Assembly: GCA_963805645.1 (NCBI GenBank)
Contig: CAWDVA010000005.1
Span: 62,113 to 126,112, forward strand
Direction: 5' to 3'
Origin: an uncultured Chloroflexia bacterium
GTDB lineage: Bacteria; Chloroflexota; Limnocylindria; QHBO01
DNA: 64,000 bases
In this document: positions 17,859 through 27,676 of the stretch, in pieces
Position numbering within the stretch: position 1 is the stretch's first letter
Layout of the letters: each line of letters starts with the position of its first letter
Position numbers and translations under genes: made by a program
The notes under the pieces: model-generated
What the model was told of the DNA's origin: nothing
The model's database searches: none
What the model saw: only the letters and a program-made list of their open reading frames with translations

Positions 17859-19433
17859 ATGCACACCATGCACCGACCCTCCCGCCTCGCCGGCGCGCTC
17901 GCCGGGCTACTCGCCGGAGGCGCCGCCCTGGGCATCGCCGAGCTGCTGGCGGGCCTGGTCGACGGGGTTCCCTCGCCGCTGAACGCCATCGGCTCGCTGG
18001 TCATTGCCCTGCAGCCGCCGGGGGCCAAGCAGATCGTTGCCGACCTGTTTGGAACCAACGACAAGCTGCTGCTGACGCTGGCGGTCCTCGTCGTGGCCCT
18101 GGTCCTGTCCGCTGGCCTGGGGATCCTGGCACGGTCCGGGCGCGGGGACGAAGGGCCGGACCCGACGCGCTTCCGGATGGCGGTGGCCGGCTTCGTGGGG
18201 GTCGGCGTCGTGGCGGTCGTGGCCTCGCTCACCAATCCGCCGGTCAATCCGGTCCTCGCCGTCGTCTCCGTCACCATCGCGATCGTGGTCGCCTGGCAGG
18301 TGCTGGCGCTGCTGCTGGGCCGCGCCGGTGAGCGAGCGGGGCACGGGCCGGTGGCTGAGATGCCCGACTGGTCCCGACGCCGGTTCCTGGGAACCAGCCT
18401 GGCCGTGGGCGCCGGTGCCGTGGCCAGTGGCACCGTGGGCCGGCTTCTCATCAACTACCGCAACGCGGCGGCCGTGCCCATCGCCGACGTTCCCGCCCCG
18501 GCCGCGACGGTGCCTCCCGTACCGGCGGACGCCCGGCTGGACGTGTCGGGCATCTCGCCGCTCGTCACGCCGAACAAGGACTTCTACCGGATCGATACCC
18601 AGCTGATCACCCCGCACGTCGACGCCGGCACCTGGAAGCTGACCGTGACCGGCATGGTCAACAACGAGCTGAGCTTCACCTACGACGACCTGCTGGCCAT
18701 GCCCCTGTACGAGCAGTACGTGACGATCCAGTGCGTCTCCAACGACGTCGGCGGCAACCTGGTGGGGAACGCGTTGTGGCGAGGGGTTCGGCTCCGCGAC
18801 ATCCTCGACCGCGCCGGGGTGCAGCAGGGCGCCACCCAGATCGTCGGCCGGGCGGTCGACGGCTGGACCTGCGGGTTCCCGACCGCGTGGCTCACCGAGT
18901 CGGACCGCGAGGCGCTGGTCGCGGTGGCCATGAACGGCGAACCGCTGCCTGCGGCCCACGGCTTCCCGGCTCGGCTCATTGTCCCGGGCCTGTACGGCTA
19001 CGTATCGGCCACCAAGTGGCTCACGAACATCGAGCTCACCACGCTCGAGGCGTTCGACGCCTACTGGGTGCCCCTGGGCTGGTCGAAGCTGGGGCCCATC
19101 AAGACCACCTCGCGCATCGACACGCCGCGGGCCGGCTCCTCACCCCAGGCCGGCGTCGTCCCGGTGGGCGGCGTCGCGTGGGCACCGGACCGCGGGATCA
19201 GCAAGGTCGAGGTCCAGGTCGACGACGGTGCCTGGCAGCCTGCCGAGCTGGCCACCGCCATCTCGGACGCGACCTGGGTGCAGTGGGTGTACCGATGGCA
19301 GGCGACGGCAGGACGCCACACCCTGCGCGTGCGCGCGACCGATGGCGACGGCACCCTGCAGGTGGCCACCCCCCACGATCCCGCCCCCGACGGCGCTACC
19401 GGGTATCACGAGGTAACCGTCCAGGTCTCCTGA
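17859..19433 (+). CDS. Sulfite-oxidase-family molybdopterin oxidoreductase with N-terminal polytopic membrane domain and internal Tat-like SRRRFLGTS motif
   Basis: Internal ATG MHTMHRPSRL in ORF 17700..19433. C-terminal SO/Moco domain with immunoglobulin-like dimerisation domain. Confidence 0.75.
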   Translation: MHTMHRPSRLAGALAGLLAGGAALGIAELLAGLVDGVPSPLNAIGSLVIALQPPGAKQIVADLFGTNDKLLLTLAVLVVALVLSAGLGILARSGRGDEGPDPTRFRMAVAGFVGVGVVAVVASLTNPPVNPVLAVVSVTIAIVVAWQVLALLLGRAGERAGHGPVAEMPDWSRRRFLGTSLAVGAGAVASGTVGRLLINYRNAAAVPIADVPAPAATVPPVPADARLDVSGISPLVTPNKDFYRIDTQLITPHVDAGTWKLTVTGMVNNELSFTYDDLLAMPLYEQYVTIQCVSNDVGGNLVGNALWRGVRLRDILDRAGVQQGATQIVGRAVDGWTCGFPTAWLTESDREALVAVAMNGEPLPAAHGFPARLIVPGLYGYVSATKWLTNIELTTLEAFDAYWVPLGWSKLGPIKTTSRIDTPRAGSSPQAGVVPVGGVAWAPDRGISKVEVQVDDGAWQPAELATAISDATWVQWVYRWQATAGRHTLRVRATDGDGTLQVATPHDPAPDGATGYHEVTVQVS

Positions 19434-19534
19434 TCGCGCCGCGATCGTGACTGAGTGCGAAACCGCCGCCGGGACCCCCGGCGGCGGTGTTCGATCTTGG
19501 GTGGCTGTCGCCGGACGGGCGGCAGCCAGGCGGT

Positions 19535-19942
19535 TCAGGGTCGATGAGCGAGCCCATCGGTCGCCTGGGAAGGCTCGGCCGGGCTCGGTGCCGCGGTGCC
19601 GTTGGCACCCGCCGCCTGCTGACCCCAGCCCCTGGCGATGGAGCTCACGTAGGCACCGTGGTTCGCCCAGCTGCCGTCGGTCGGCGTCGGGTTCTGGGCT
19701 GCCTGCGACACGGTGTACCCGTGGGTGTCCGTGGGCCGCGCGCTGGGATCGGCAGCATTCGAAGCCTGCGGATCCGTGAACGAGCCGTCAACCCCCATGG
19801 GAACGGTCTTGCCGGACGCGGCTGACGCGGTTGCGAGGCCGTTGGTGGAGGCGGCCGGCATGAAGTGCGCGGTCGCGACCCCGGCGGTGAGAGCCAGGGA
19901 GGCAACGGCCCCAATGAGGCTCAGTGTTCGTCGATGACGCAT
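19535..19942 (-). CDS. Small secreted hypothetical protein (signal peptide)
   Basis: MRHRRTLSLIGAVASLALTAGVATA signal peptide; GAGGA RBS upstream of the ATG at 19942. Low-complexity mature region. Confidence 0.4.
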   Translation of the reverse strand: MRHRRTLSLIGAVASLALTAGVATAHFMPAASTNGLATASAASGKTVPMGVDGSFTDPQASNAADPSARPTDTHGYTVSQAAQNPTPTDGSWANHGAYVSSIARGWGQQAAGANGTAAPSPAEPSQATDGLAHRP

Positions 19943-20110
19943 GGGAACGGGAAGGTCCTCTTGCTTGAGGGCGGATTGGATTGCTCGGGCGTTCAATCGT
20001 TGGAACGCAGGACATGCGGCATGCGTTAGCGGACATTCACCCCGGACTCGCCGGTACGAACGTCCCATCTGGCGCTCGCCGAGCACCCGTGAGCAGGCAC
20101 AATCTGCGGC

Positions 20111-21067
20111 GTGCCGCCATCCATCGCTCCGCTGCTCATCGTCAACCCGGTCGCGGGTGACGGTCGTGCGCTGCACCTCGAACCGTGGATCAGGCGGCAT
20201 CTCGAGGTTTCCGCGCCATCGGCCGTGATGGTGGAGACCGAGGCGCCCGGCCACGCGCAGGAGCTCGCGCGGCAGGCGGCTTCGCAGGGACACGATCGGG
20301 TCATTGCCGTGGGTGGCGACGGCACCGTGCAGGAGGTGGTGAACGGGCTGATCGAGTCGGAAACGGCGCTCTCGCTGGGCATCCTGGCGGGCGGCGCGGG
20401 AAACGACCTGGCTCGCAGCCTGCACCTGCCGAAACGTGGCGAGGATGCCCTGGCCGTGGCACTGGGAGGAGCCCTGCTGCGGATCGACGTGGGGATCGCG
20501 AGCCGGGGCGACGGCCTACGACCCGAACGCCGCTACTTCGCGGCTGCCGGTGGCGTTGGATTCGATGCCCAGGTCGCCGCCGCCATGTACCGCCGCGCGT
20601 GGTGGCAGCGGGGGAGGATCGGGTACCTGCTCTCGACCCTTTGGGAGCTGCAGCGGTTCCACAACCGGACCCTTCGGCTGCGGCTGGACACCCCCGACGG
20701 GCCGCTCGAGCTTGAGCGTACGGCGCTCTTCATCGCGTTCGCCAACGGGATGTACTACGGGGGTGGCATGCAGATCTGCCCCTCGGCCACCGTGCTCGAC
20801 GGCTGGATGGACCTGTGCATCGTTGGCGACATCTCGCGCCTCGAGGCGATCCGGCAGCTGCCCGGCATGTACCACGGGGCCCACGTCACCCATCCGGCGG
20901 TGGAGTTCCAGCGTGCCCGCAGCGTCACGCTCGAGGGCGACGCGGACACGCGCGTCCACCTGGACGGAGAGCCGTTCGGAACGGTCCCGCTGCGCCTGGA
21001 GATCCAGCATGCCGCCCTCGACGTCGCCGCACCGCCAGCCGTCGCCGAGGCGGGGGACATGGGGTAG
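20111..21067 (+). CDS. Diacylglycerol/lipid kinase catalytic-domain protein (YegS/DgkB-like)
   Basis: GTG start; VGGDGTVQEVVNGL motif. Confidence 0.75.
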   Translation: MPPSIAPLLIVNPVAGDGRALHLEPWIRRHLEVSAPSAVMVETEAPGHAQELARQAASQGHDRVIAVGGDGTVQEVVNGLIESETALSLGILAGGAGNDLARSLHLPKRGEDALAVALGGALLRIDVGIASRGDGLRPERRYFAAAGGVGFDAQVAAAMYRRAWWQRGRIGYLLSTLWELQRFHNRTLRLRLDTPDGPLELERTALFIAFANGMYYGGGMQICPSATVLDGWMDLCIVGDISRLEAIRQLPGMYHGAHVTHPAVEFQRARSVTLEGDADTRVHLDGEPFGTVPLRLEIQHAALDVAAPPAVAEAGDMG

Positions 21068-21079
21068 GGTACCCACAGC

Positions 21080-21334
21080 ATGAACGTGCGTCCCGTCCCC
21101 TCGATCCCCGCCGGCGCGAGCGTCTTCGGTGCCGATGGCCGGCAGCTGGGACGTGTCGACGCGGCCTTCGCCGACTACCTCCTGGTGCGCACCACCACCC
21201 TGGTTCCGGTGGACCTCTACGTTCCGCTGAGCGCCGTGGCAGGAACCCAGGGCGATCGGGTCCTCCTTGACCAGCCCGCGACCGGCGCCTACGAGCGCTG
21301 GCATCGGCCGCTCAAGCGCGCGCCGCACGACTGA
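21080..21334 (+). CDS. Small hypothetical protein
   Basis: 84-aa ORF immediately after the lipid kinase; no recognisable motif. Confidence 0.35.
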   Translation: MNVRPVPSIPAGASVFGADGRQLGRVDAAFADYLLVRTTTLVPVDLYVPLSAVAGTQGDRVLLDQPATGAYERWHRPLKRAPHD

Positions 21335-21395
21335 CCGCAGCCGCGGCCGGAGCCGCTGACCGGGGCCCCGCCGGCCGCCTGCTACGCTGTCGCCG

Positions 21396-21770
21396 ATGCC
21401 TGAGCGATTCCCCGGACCGATCCTTTCCCTCCTGCGCTCCACGGATGAGGTCCGCATCGAGACCTCGTCCGATGCGGGCACCGTCCACTCCACGATCATC
21501 TGGGTCGTGGTCGACGAGCAGGGCCGCGTCCTGATCCGCTCGTATCGTGGTCCCACCGCCCGCTGGTACCGCGAGGCGCTCAGCCACTCCTCCGTGGTCC
21601 TGGACGCCGGCGGGCGCCGCATCCCGGCCACCGCCCTGGTGGCCACCGACGACGATCGTATCGAGGCGGCCAGCCGTGGCTTCCTGGAGAAGTACGCGGG
21701 TGACTCGGCCACGCCGGCCATGGTCGCCGACGCCGTCCTGCCCACGACCCTCGAGCTCGCCCCACGCTGA
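21396..21770 (+). CDS. Hypothetical protein (split-barrel/DUF-like)
   Basis: 124-aa ORF with balanced composition. The opposing long antisense ORF 21312..22604 is low-complexity. Confidence 0.45.
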   Translation: MPERFPGPILSLLRSTDEVRIETSSDAGTVHSTIIWVVVDEQGRVLIRSYRGPTARWYREALSHSSVVLDAGGRRIPATALVATDDDRIEAASRGFLEKYAGDSATPAMVADAVLPTTLELAPR

Positions 21771-21824
21771 GGCGGCGGCGCGGGGCATGCGGTACCCTAG
21801 GACGAGATGCCCGGAGGTGATGCC

Positions 21825-22754
21825 GTGACCGCGACCATGGACGAATCTGCCCGCGCTGAGGCGTTCTACGCGCACGTCTCCGGCGGCGGCAAGGTCGAGG
21901 CGGACGACCCGATGCCGGACGACTACCGTGCCGCCGTCCTCAAGTTCGTCGAGATGCACGCCAACTCGGAGCTCATGGGCGTGCTGCCGGAGCGCGAATG
22001 GATCCTCCGCGCGCCGACCCTCAAGCGCAAGCTGGCACTGACCAGCAAGGTCCAGGACGAGGTGGGCCATGCCCAGCTCCTGTACCGCGTGGCTGAGGAC
22101 CTGGGCAAGCCTCGTGAGCAGATGCTCGCGGACCTGATGGATGGCAAGACCAAGTTCCACAACGTCTTCCATTACCCAACCGAGTCGTGGGCCGATGTCG
22201 GCATCATCGCCTGGCTCGTGGACGCAGCAGCGATCGTCTCGCAGCAGGCGCTGCGAGACTCCTCGTACGCGCCGTACGCACGGACGATGAAGAAGATCTG
22301 CTGGGAGGAGAGCGTCCACATCATGCACGGGCGCGACGTGGTGCTCACCATGATGAACGGGACCGACTCCCAGCGCGCGCTTGTCCAGGATGCCCTGGAC
22401 CGATGGTGGGGCCCGCTGATGCAGATGCACGGCCCGCCCACCGACCCCGCGAAGGATCGGGACCTGATCTGGAAGATCAAGGCCAAGAGCAACGAGCAGC
22501 TTCGCCAGGAGTTCCTGTCCATCTACGTCCCGCGGATCCTGGAGCTGGGCCTGACGCTCCCGGACCCGGAGCTGCTCTACGACGAGGCGGAGGGTCGCTG
22601 GCACTACACCGAACCCGACTGGAACGAGCTCCGGTCAGTGGTGACCGGACACGGGCCGCGCTCGCAGGAGCGCCTCGCCTTCCGCCGCCAGAACTACGAC
22701 GCGACCCAATGGGTTCGTAACGCGATCCTGGGAGCTGCGCCCGCGGCGGCTTGA
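21825..22754 (+). CDS. paaA: 1,2-phenylacetyl-CoA epoxidase subunit A
   Basis: Di-iron ferritin-like oxygenase motifs (EMHANSELMG...EVGHAQLL...EESVHIMHG). GGAGG RBS before the GTG at 21825; alternative ATG at 21807 or 21837. Confidence 0.85.
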   Translation: MTATMDESARAEAFYAHVSGGGKVEADDPMPDDYRAAVLKFVEMHANSELMGVLPEREWILRAPTLKRKLALTSKVQDEVGHAQLLYRVAEDLGKPREQMLADLMDGKTKFHNVFHYPTESWADVGIIAWLVDAAAIVSQQALRDSSYAPYARTMKKICWEESVHIMHGRDVVLTMMNGTDSQRALVQDALDRWWGPLMQMHGPPTDPAKDRDLIWKIKAKSNEQLRQEFLSIYVPRILELGLTLPDPELLYDEAEGRWHYTEPDWNELRSVVTGHGPRSQERLAFRRQNYDATQWVRNAILGAAPAAA

Positions 22755-22817
22755 CCCATGCCCCCCGCGCCGCGGTCTGCCCGTCCCATTCCGCGGGCCG
22801 CGCGGTACCCTTCCCGC

Positions 22818-23174
22818 ATGGAGCAGCAGACGCAACCACGCGACAGGGTGTGGGAGGTCTTTTCGCAGGAAGCGGAGGGGGACCCCATGGTCCATTCGGG
22901 CAGCGTCCGGGCACCCGACGATGAGCTCGCCCTCCACTACGCCCGCGAGTTCTACGGCCGCCGGCAGGAGAGCCACCGCCTGTGGGTGGTTGACCGGGCG
23001 GAGATCACCGAGCTGGATGACCCGGACCTGCTGAATCCGCCCTTCGATCGGTCGTTCAAGCGCCCAGGCGGGTACATCATCAAGCACAAGCTCGAGGCAG
23101 CCAAGGCGCGGGTGGGGGCGCGGGCTGCGCAGTCGGACGACGAGTCGACCGCCGCAGGAGAGCCGGTCGCGTGA
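22818..23174 (+). CDS. paaB: 1,2-phenylacetyl-CoA epoxidase subunit B
   Basis: WEVFSQEAEGDPMVHSGSVRAPD...LHYAREFYGRR matches PaaB. Confidence 0.85.
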   Translation: MEQQTQPRDRVWEVFSQEAEGDPMVHSGSVRAPDDELALHYAREFYGRRQESHRLWVVDRAEITELDDPDLLNPPFDRSFKRPGGYIIKHKLEAAKARVGARAAQSDDESTAAGEPVA

Positions 23175-23953
23175 CCAGCATCCCGGTACCCGACACTGCG
23201 CTCCCGCGCGACGCCGTCGCGGAGCTGCTGCTGAGCCTCGCTGACGACGAGTTCGTCATCGGCTTCTGGGACTCGGAGTGGACCGGGATCGCGCCGATGC
23301 TCGAGGAGGATGTCGCGACCAGCTCCATCAGCCAGGACGAGATCGGGCACGCCAGGGCGCTTCACGAGCTCCGCGCCCAGCTGACCGGCGAGGACCCTGA
23401 TCTGGTCGCCTTCGGGCGGAACCCCGACGAGTATCGGCACGCGGCCCTGCTGAACCATCCGCGCACCGACTGGGCGTTCACCGTCGCCCGCCGCTACCTG
23501 TACGAGACCGCGGATGCCGTGCGTCTCGAGGCGCTGGCCCTGTCCACCTATGAGCCGCTCGCCCTGCTTGCGGCCAAGATGCGGCGCGAGGAGCGGTACC
23601 ACCTCATGCATCTTGGCGCCTGGATGGAGCGGCTGGCGCGCGGCGGTCCTGACACGCATCGTCGCCTCGCGGAGGCGCTCGTCACCCTGTGGCCCGACGC
23701 GCAGACGGTCTTCACGCCACTCGACGGTGAGCGAGCACTCGTGGAGAGCGGTGTCCTGCCCGAGCCGATGGTGGCGCTCCGACGCCGCTGGGCGAAGGAG
23801 ATCGGAGAGACGCTGGGTAGCCTGGATCTCCCGGTGCCGGACGCCACCCTGGAACCGACGGCCGACGGGCGCCGTCGCCGGACCGACGACTTTCGCTGGC
23901 TCCACGGCGAGTTCACGATGGTCGCGCGCTCGGACCCGGAGGCGACGTGGTAG
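23171..23953 (+). CDS. paaC: 1,2-phenylacetyl-CoA epoxidase subunit C
   Basis: GTG start overlapping the paaB stop. ADDEFVIGFWDSEW...SQDEIGHARALH ferritin-like. Confidence 0.75.
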   Translation: MTSIPVPDTALPRDAVAELLLSLADDEFVIGFWDSEWTGIAPMLEEDVATSSISQDEIGHARALHELRAQLTGEDPDLVAFGRNPDEYRHAALLNHPRTDWAFTVARRYLYETADAVRLEALALSTYEPLALLAAKMRREERYHLMHLGAWMERLARGGPDTHRRLAEALVTLWPDAQTVFTPLDGERALVESGVLPEPMVALRRRWAKEIGETLGSLDLPVPDATLEPTADGRRRRTDDFRWLHGEFTMVARSDPEATW

Positions 23954-24453
23954 CCACCCGTGACCCGCGCGAGACGGTCGTCTGGGCGGCCCTCGACGAG
24001 GTGTCCGATCCCGAGATTCCCACCATCAGCGTCGTGGAGCTGGGGGTCATCCGCGGTTTCGCCTTCGAGGAGCAGGCCGGTGGTGGCGAGCGCCTGCGGG
24101 TCGAGCTGTTGCCGACCTTCGTCGGCTGCCCGGCCATCGACATCATGCGCGAGCAGGTGGGGGAGCGGCTGCGGGCGCTGGGTGTCGCCGACGACGTGAT
24201 CGTCGAGCTCAGCTTCGCCGAGCCGTGGACATCTGAGCGGATCTCGGAGGCGGGCCGCGAGAAGCTGCGCGGCAGCGGCTTCGCCCCGCCGGCGGTGGGC
24301 GGCAGCCTGCTGACCATGGTGGACGACACGCCCTGCCCGTACTGCGGATCGCGCAACACGTCGCTGGACAATCCGTTCGGTCCGACCCTGTGCCGCGCCA
24401 TCTACCACTGCGACGACTGCCACCAGCCGTTCGAGCAGTTCAAGGCGATTTGA
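23947..24453 (+). CDS. paaD: Phenylacetate-CoA oxygenase subunit PaaD
   Basis: DPEIPTISVVELGVI...TFVGCPA and C-terminal CPYCGS...CDDC Cys cluster. Confidence 0.75.
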   Translation: MVATRDPRETVVWAALDEVSDPEIPTISVVELGVIRGFAFEEQAGGGERLRVELLPTFVGCPAIDIMREQVGERLRALGVADDVIVELSFAEPWTSERISEAGREKLRGSGFAPPAVGGSLLTMVDDTPCPYCGSRNTSLDNPFGPTLCRAIYHCDDCHQPFEQFKAI

Positions 24454-24456
24454 ACC

Positions 24457-24939
24457 ATGGCGTCCATCGCCAGGCGCGCCGTCGTCGCCGGGGCCCTGGG
24501 ACTGCTGCTGGCCTGCGGCGCCTGTGCCGCGAACCCCTCGCCGTCGCCGACCGGTGCACTCCCCTCACCAACGGCCAGTGCCTCTGCCGGCGATGCCGCG
24601 GCGACCGCCCAGTTCAACCTCTTCCTGCGTGCTCCCGTGCCACACACGACCGCCTTTCGCCTCTTCGTCCAGACCGATCCACCGGCGGTCGATGAGACGC
24701 ACCGCGTGTTCTGCGGTTCGGCCACCGGCGACCCGCAGGCCTGTGATCCATCGCGGTTTCCGCTCACCGTGCGCGTGGGCGGGCTGATGGGCGGCTCCAT
24801 GCTGAGCTACCGTTTCGAGCGCGTGGACAGCGACGGGAGCGTGGAGACCCTGGACCAGGGCAGTGCCCGACTGGATCGGGCCCTCATTCGCGAATTCACC
24901 TACCCAACGCCGGCACCCACGCCCCGCCCCACCCCGTAG
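24457..24939 (+). CDS. Putative lipoprotein (signal peptide with lipobox LLAC)
   Basis: MASIARRAVVAGALGLLLACGACAANPSPSP. Ends 50 nt before the heliorhodopsin gene. Confidence 0.55.
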   Translation: MASIARRAVVAGALGLLLACGACAANPSPSPTGALPSPTASASAGDAAATAQFNLFLRAPVPHTTAFRLFVQTDPPAVDETHRVFCGSATGDPQACDPSRFPLTVRVGGLMGGSMLSYRFERVDSDGSVETLDQGSARLDRALIREFTYPTPAPTPRPTP

Positions 24940-24988
24940 CGCGTAATCGGCCGGAGATCCATCGCCCGGTATCATCCGTATCAAGGCC

Positions 24989-25798
24989 ATGAACCAGATC
25001 GCCTCGTCTCTCCCCGGCGCAGCGCCCGTCCCCGACATCGCGGCGGTCGAGCGACGCATCGGACGGCTCCGCATCTACAACGTTGTCATGGGCTTCCTGC
25101 ATCTCGTGCAGGGTGCCGCCATCCTGGTGCTGGCCAACGACTTCGCCCTGCCGGTGACGGCGTCCTTCATGGCCGGACCACCCGGCTCCGGCCTCGTTCG
25201 CGACACGACCCTCTTTGACCTCCGCTTCGGGTGGGCCATCGCAGCGTTCCTGTTCCTCTCCGCGGCGGCGCACTTCCTGGTCGCGAGCCCGGGCATCTTC
25301 GGCTGGTATCGCGCCAACCTGCTGCGCGGCCGCAACTACGCGCGCTGGATCGAGTACGCGTTCAGCTCATCGCTGATGGTGGTGCTGATCGCCATGCTGC
25401 CCGGGATCAGCGACGTGGCCGCCCTGGGTGCGATCTTCGGGGTGAACGCGGCGATGATCCTCTTCGGCCTGCTGATGGAGCACTACGAGCAGCCAGGCCG
25501 GCCGAACTGGATGAGCTACTGGTTCGGTGTGCTCGCGGGCGCGGTGCCCTGGATCCTCATCGGCATCTACCTGTGGAATCCTGGATCGGAGGTTGCGGCA
25601 CCCGCCTTCGTGTACGCGATCTTCATCTCGCTCTTCGTCTTCTTCAACAGCTTCGCGGTCAACATGGTGCTGCAGTACCGGCGCGTGGGGCCGTGGCGCA
25701 ACTACCTGTTCGGCGAGTCGGTCTACATCGCCCTGTCTCTGCTGGCCAAGTCGGCGCTGGCCTGGCAGGTCTTCGCCGGGACCCTCGCACCGCGCTGA
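24989..25798 (+). CDS. Heliorhodopsin (7TM retinal protein, inverted topology family)
   Basis: RIYNVVMGFLHLVQ...NYARWIEYAFSSSLMVVLIAML...IFGVNAAMILFG...FFNSFAVNM...LSLLAKSALAWQVFAGTLAP. TM7 lysine in the SLLAKSALAW context and a TM3 glutamate, as in characterised heliorhodopsins. Confidence 0.8.
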   Translation: MNQIASSLPGAAPVPDIAAVERRIGRLRIYNVVMGFLHLVQGAAILVLANDFALPVTASFMAGPPGSGLVRDTTLFDLRFGWAIAAFLFLSAAAHFLVASPGIFGWYRANLLRGRNYARWIEYAFSSSLMVVLIAMLPGISDVAALGAIFGVNAAMILFGLLMEHYEQPGRPNWMSYWFGVLAGAVPWILIGIYLWNPGSEVAAPAFVYAIFISLFVFFNSFAVNMVLQYRRVGPWRNYLFGESVYIALSLLAKSALAWQVFAGTLAPR

Positions 25799-25846
25799 CG
25801 GACGCGGCCGAGCGCGCCTGGCCGATGCGCTACGCTTGCGCGCACC

Positions 25847-27658
25847 ATGGCCATCGACTCTGACGAGTACCGCTCCGCGGCACACGAGCTCCTCGACGCA
25901 GGCGCGCATGATCCGCTCGACACCATGCGCCACTCGGCCGCGCACATCATGGCCTCGGCCGTCCTCGAGCTGTTCCCCGACGCGAAGCTGGGCATCGGCC
26001 CTGCCATCAAGGACGGGTTCTACTACGACTTCGACCTGCCGCGGCCGCTGACCCCTGCCGACCTCGAGGCGATCGAGGGCAAGATGCGCGAGCAGGTGGC
26101 GGCGGACCTGGCCTTCCAGCGTACCGAGCTGGATCGCGAGGCCGCCCTGGCCCAGCTCGAGTCCGAGAAGCAGCCCTTCAAGGTCGAGATCGTTCGCGAG
26201 CTTCCCGACGAGGAGGCGCGGATCGTCAGCTTCTACCGCCACGGCGACTTCAACGACCTGTGCCGCGGGCCGCACGTCGCGACCACGGGACGGCTGGGGC
26301 CGTTCAAGCTGCTCAACAGCGCTGCGGCCTACTGGCGCGGTGACGAGAAGCGACCCATGCTCCAGCGCATCTACGGCACGGTCTGGGAGACGCAGGAGGA
26401 CCTGGACCGCTACCTGTGGCGCCTCGAGCAGGCCCGCGCTCGCGACCATCGGCGCCTGGGCCGGGAGCTGGACCTGTTCACCTTCCATCCGGAGTCGCCG
26501 GCGGCCCCCTTCTGGCATCCGAAGGGCATGGTCCTGTACCGAACCCTGGAGGCGTGGTCGCGCCAGGTCCGTGCCGATGGCGGGTTCGCGGAGGTGCGCA
26601 CGCCATCACTGGTCCGCCGCGAGCTCTGGGAGCAGTCCGGGCACTGGGACCTCTACCAGGACAACATGTTCGTCCTGGACGACTACGACCATCCCTCCGG
26701 GCTCAAGCCCATGAACTGCCCGCAGGAGATCCTGGTCTACAAGACACGGTCCCGCTCGTACCGCGACCTCCCGATTCGCTTCGCCGACTACTCGACCCTG
26801 TTCCGCAAGGAGCGCACGGGGGCCCTGGCCGGCATGTTCCGGGTGCGCCAGCTCACCCAGGACGACTCCCACGTGTTCTGCCGGGAGGACCAGATCGCCG
26901 ATGAGCTGCGCCTGGCCCTCTCGCTGGTGAAGCGGCAGTTCGCACCGTTCGGCTTCGAACCGCGCTTCAAGCTCGCCACCCGCCCGGCCAAGAAGCTGGG
27001 CAGCGACGAGTTCTGGGACATGGCCGAGGGCAAGCTGCGGGACGCCCTCGAAGCGGACCAGCTTCCGTATACCCTCGATCCGGGCGGTGCGGCCTTCTAC
27101 GCCCCGAAGATCGACGTCTTCATCGAGGATGCGCTGGGACGGGAGTGGCAGATGGCGACCGTCCAGCTCGACTACCAGCTGCCGCAGCGGTTCGACCTGG
27201 AGTACCGCACCGCCGATGGCGGCTTCGAGCGACCGGTGATGATCCACTACGCGATCTACGGCACCTTCGAGCGCTTCACCGGGATCATCGTCGAGCACTT
27301 CGCCGGCGCCTTCCCGCTCTGGCTCGCGCCGGTGCAGGTGGTGGTCATCCCCATCGCAGATCGGCATCTCGAGTACGCCGGATCGGTTCGCGATGCCCTG
27401 GCCGCCGCGGGCATCCGGGCCGAGGTGGACGAGCGCTCCGAACGGATGCAGGCCAAGCTGCGCGACGCGCAGGAACAGCAGATTCCCGTCATGCTCGTGG
27501 TGGGCGACCGCGACCAGGAGGCCGGGGCGGTGAGCCCGCGGCTGCGCACCGGGCGCACCCGACAGGGGGTTCCACTCGATGAGTTCGTCGAGCACCTCCG
27601 GACGCGCAGCGAGGCCCGGGAGCTGTGGCCCTACGACGACAACGCCCCCGCTGACTGA
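25847..27658 (+). CDS. thrS: Threonine--tRNA ligase (lacks N-terminal TGS domain)
   Basis: RHSAAHIMA editing-domain motif, class II catalytic core, C-terminal anticodon-binding domain; 603 aa. Confidence 0.9.
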   Translation: MAIDSDEYRSAAHELLDAGAHDPLDTMRHSAAHIMASAVLELFPDAKLGIGPAIKDGFYYDFDLPRPLTPADLEAIEGKMREQVAADLAFQRTELDREAALAQLESEKQPFKVEIVRELPDEEARIVSFYRHGDFNDLCRGPHVATTGRLGPFKLLNSAAAYWRGDEKRPMLQRIYGTVWETQEDLDRYLWRLEQARARDHRRLGRELDLFTFHPESPAAPFWHPKGMVLYRTLEAWSRQVRADGGFAEVRTPSLVRRELWEQSGHWDLYQDNMFVLDDYDHPSGLKPMNCPQEILVYKTRSRSYRDLPIRFADYSTLFRKERTGALAGMFRVRQLTQDDSHVFCREDQIADELRLALSLVKRQFAPFGFEPRFKLATRPAKKLGSDEFWDMAEGKLRDALEADQLPYTLDPGGAAFYAPKIDVFIEDALGREWQMATVQLDYQLPQRFDLEYRTADGGFERPVMIHYAIYGTFERFTGIIVEHFAGAFPLWLAPVQVVVIPIADRHLEYAGSVRDALAAAGIRAEVDERSERMQAKLRDAQEQQIPVMLVVGDRDQEAGAVSPRLRTGRTRQGVPLDEFVEHLRTRSEARELWPYDDNAPAD

Positions 27659-27676
27659 GCGATCACCGTGAGGAAG

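Noticed and set aside
17789-18454. Upstream two-thirds of ORF 17273..18454(-)
   Set aside because: Only the last 171 codons form a recognisable alpha/beta hydrolase with an ATG and plausible N-terminus. The remainder is antisense to the sulfite-oxidase-family gene and low-complexity.
21312-22604. 430-aa minus-strand ORF
   Set aside because: Antisense to paaA and the upstream hypothetical gene; low-complexity translation.
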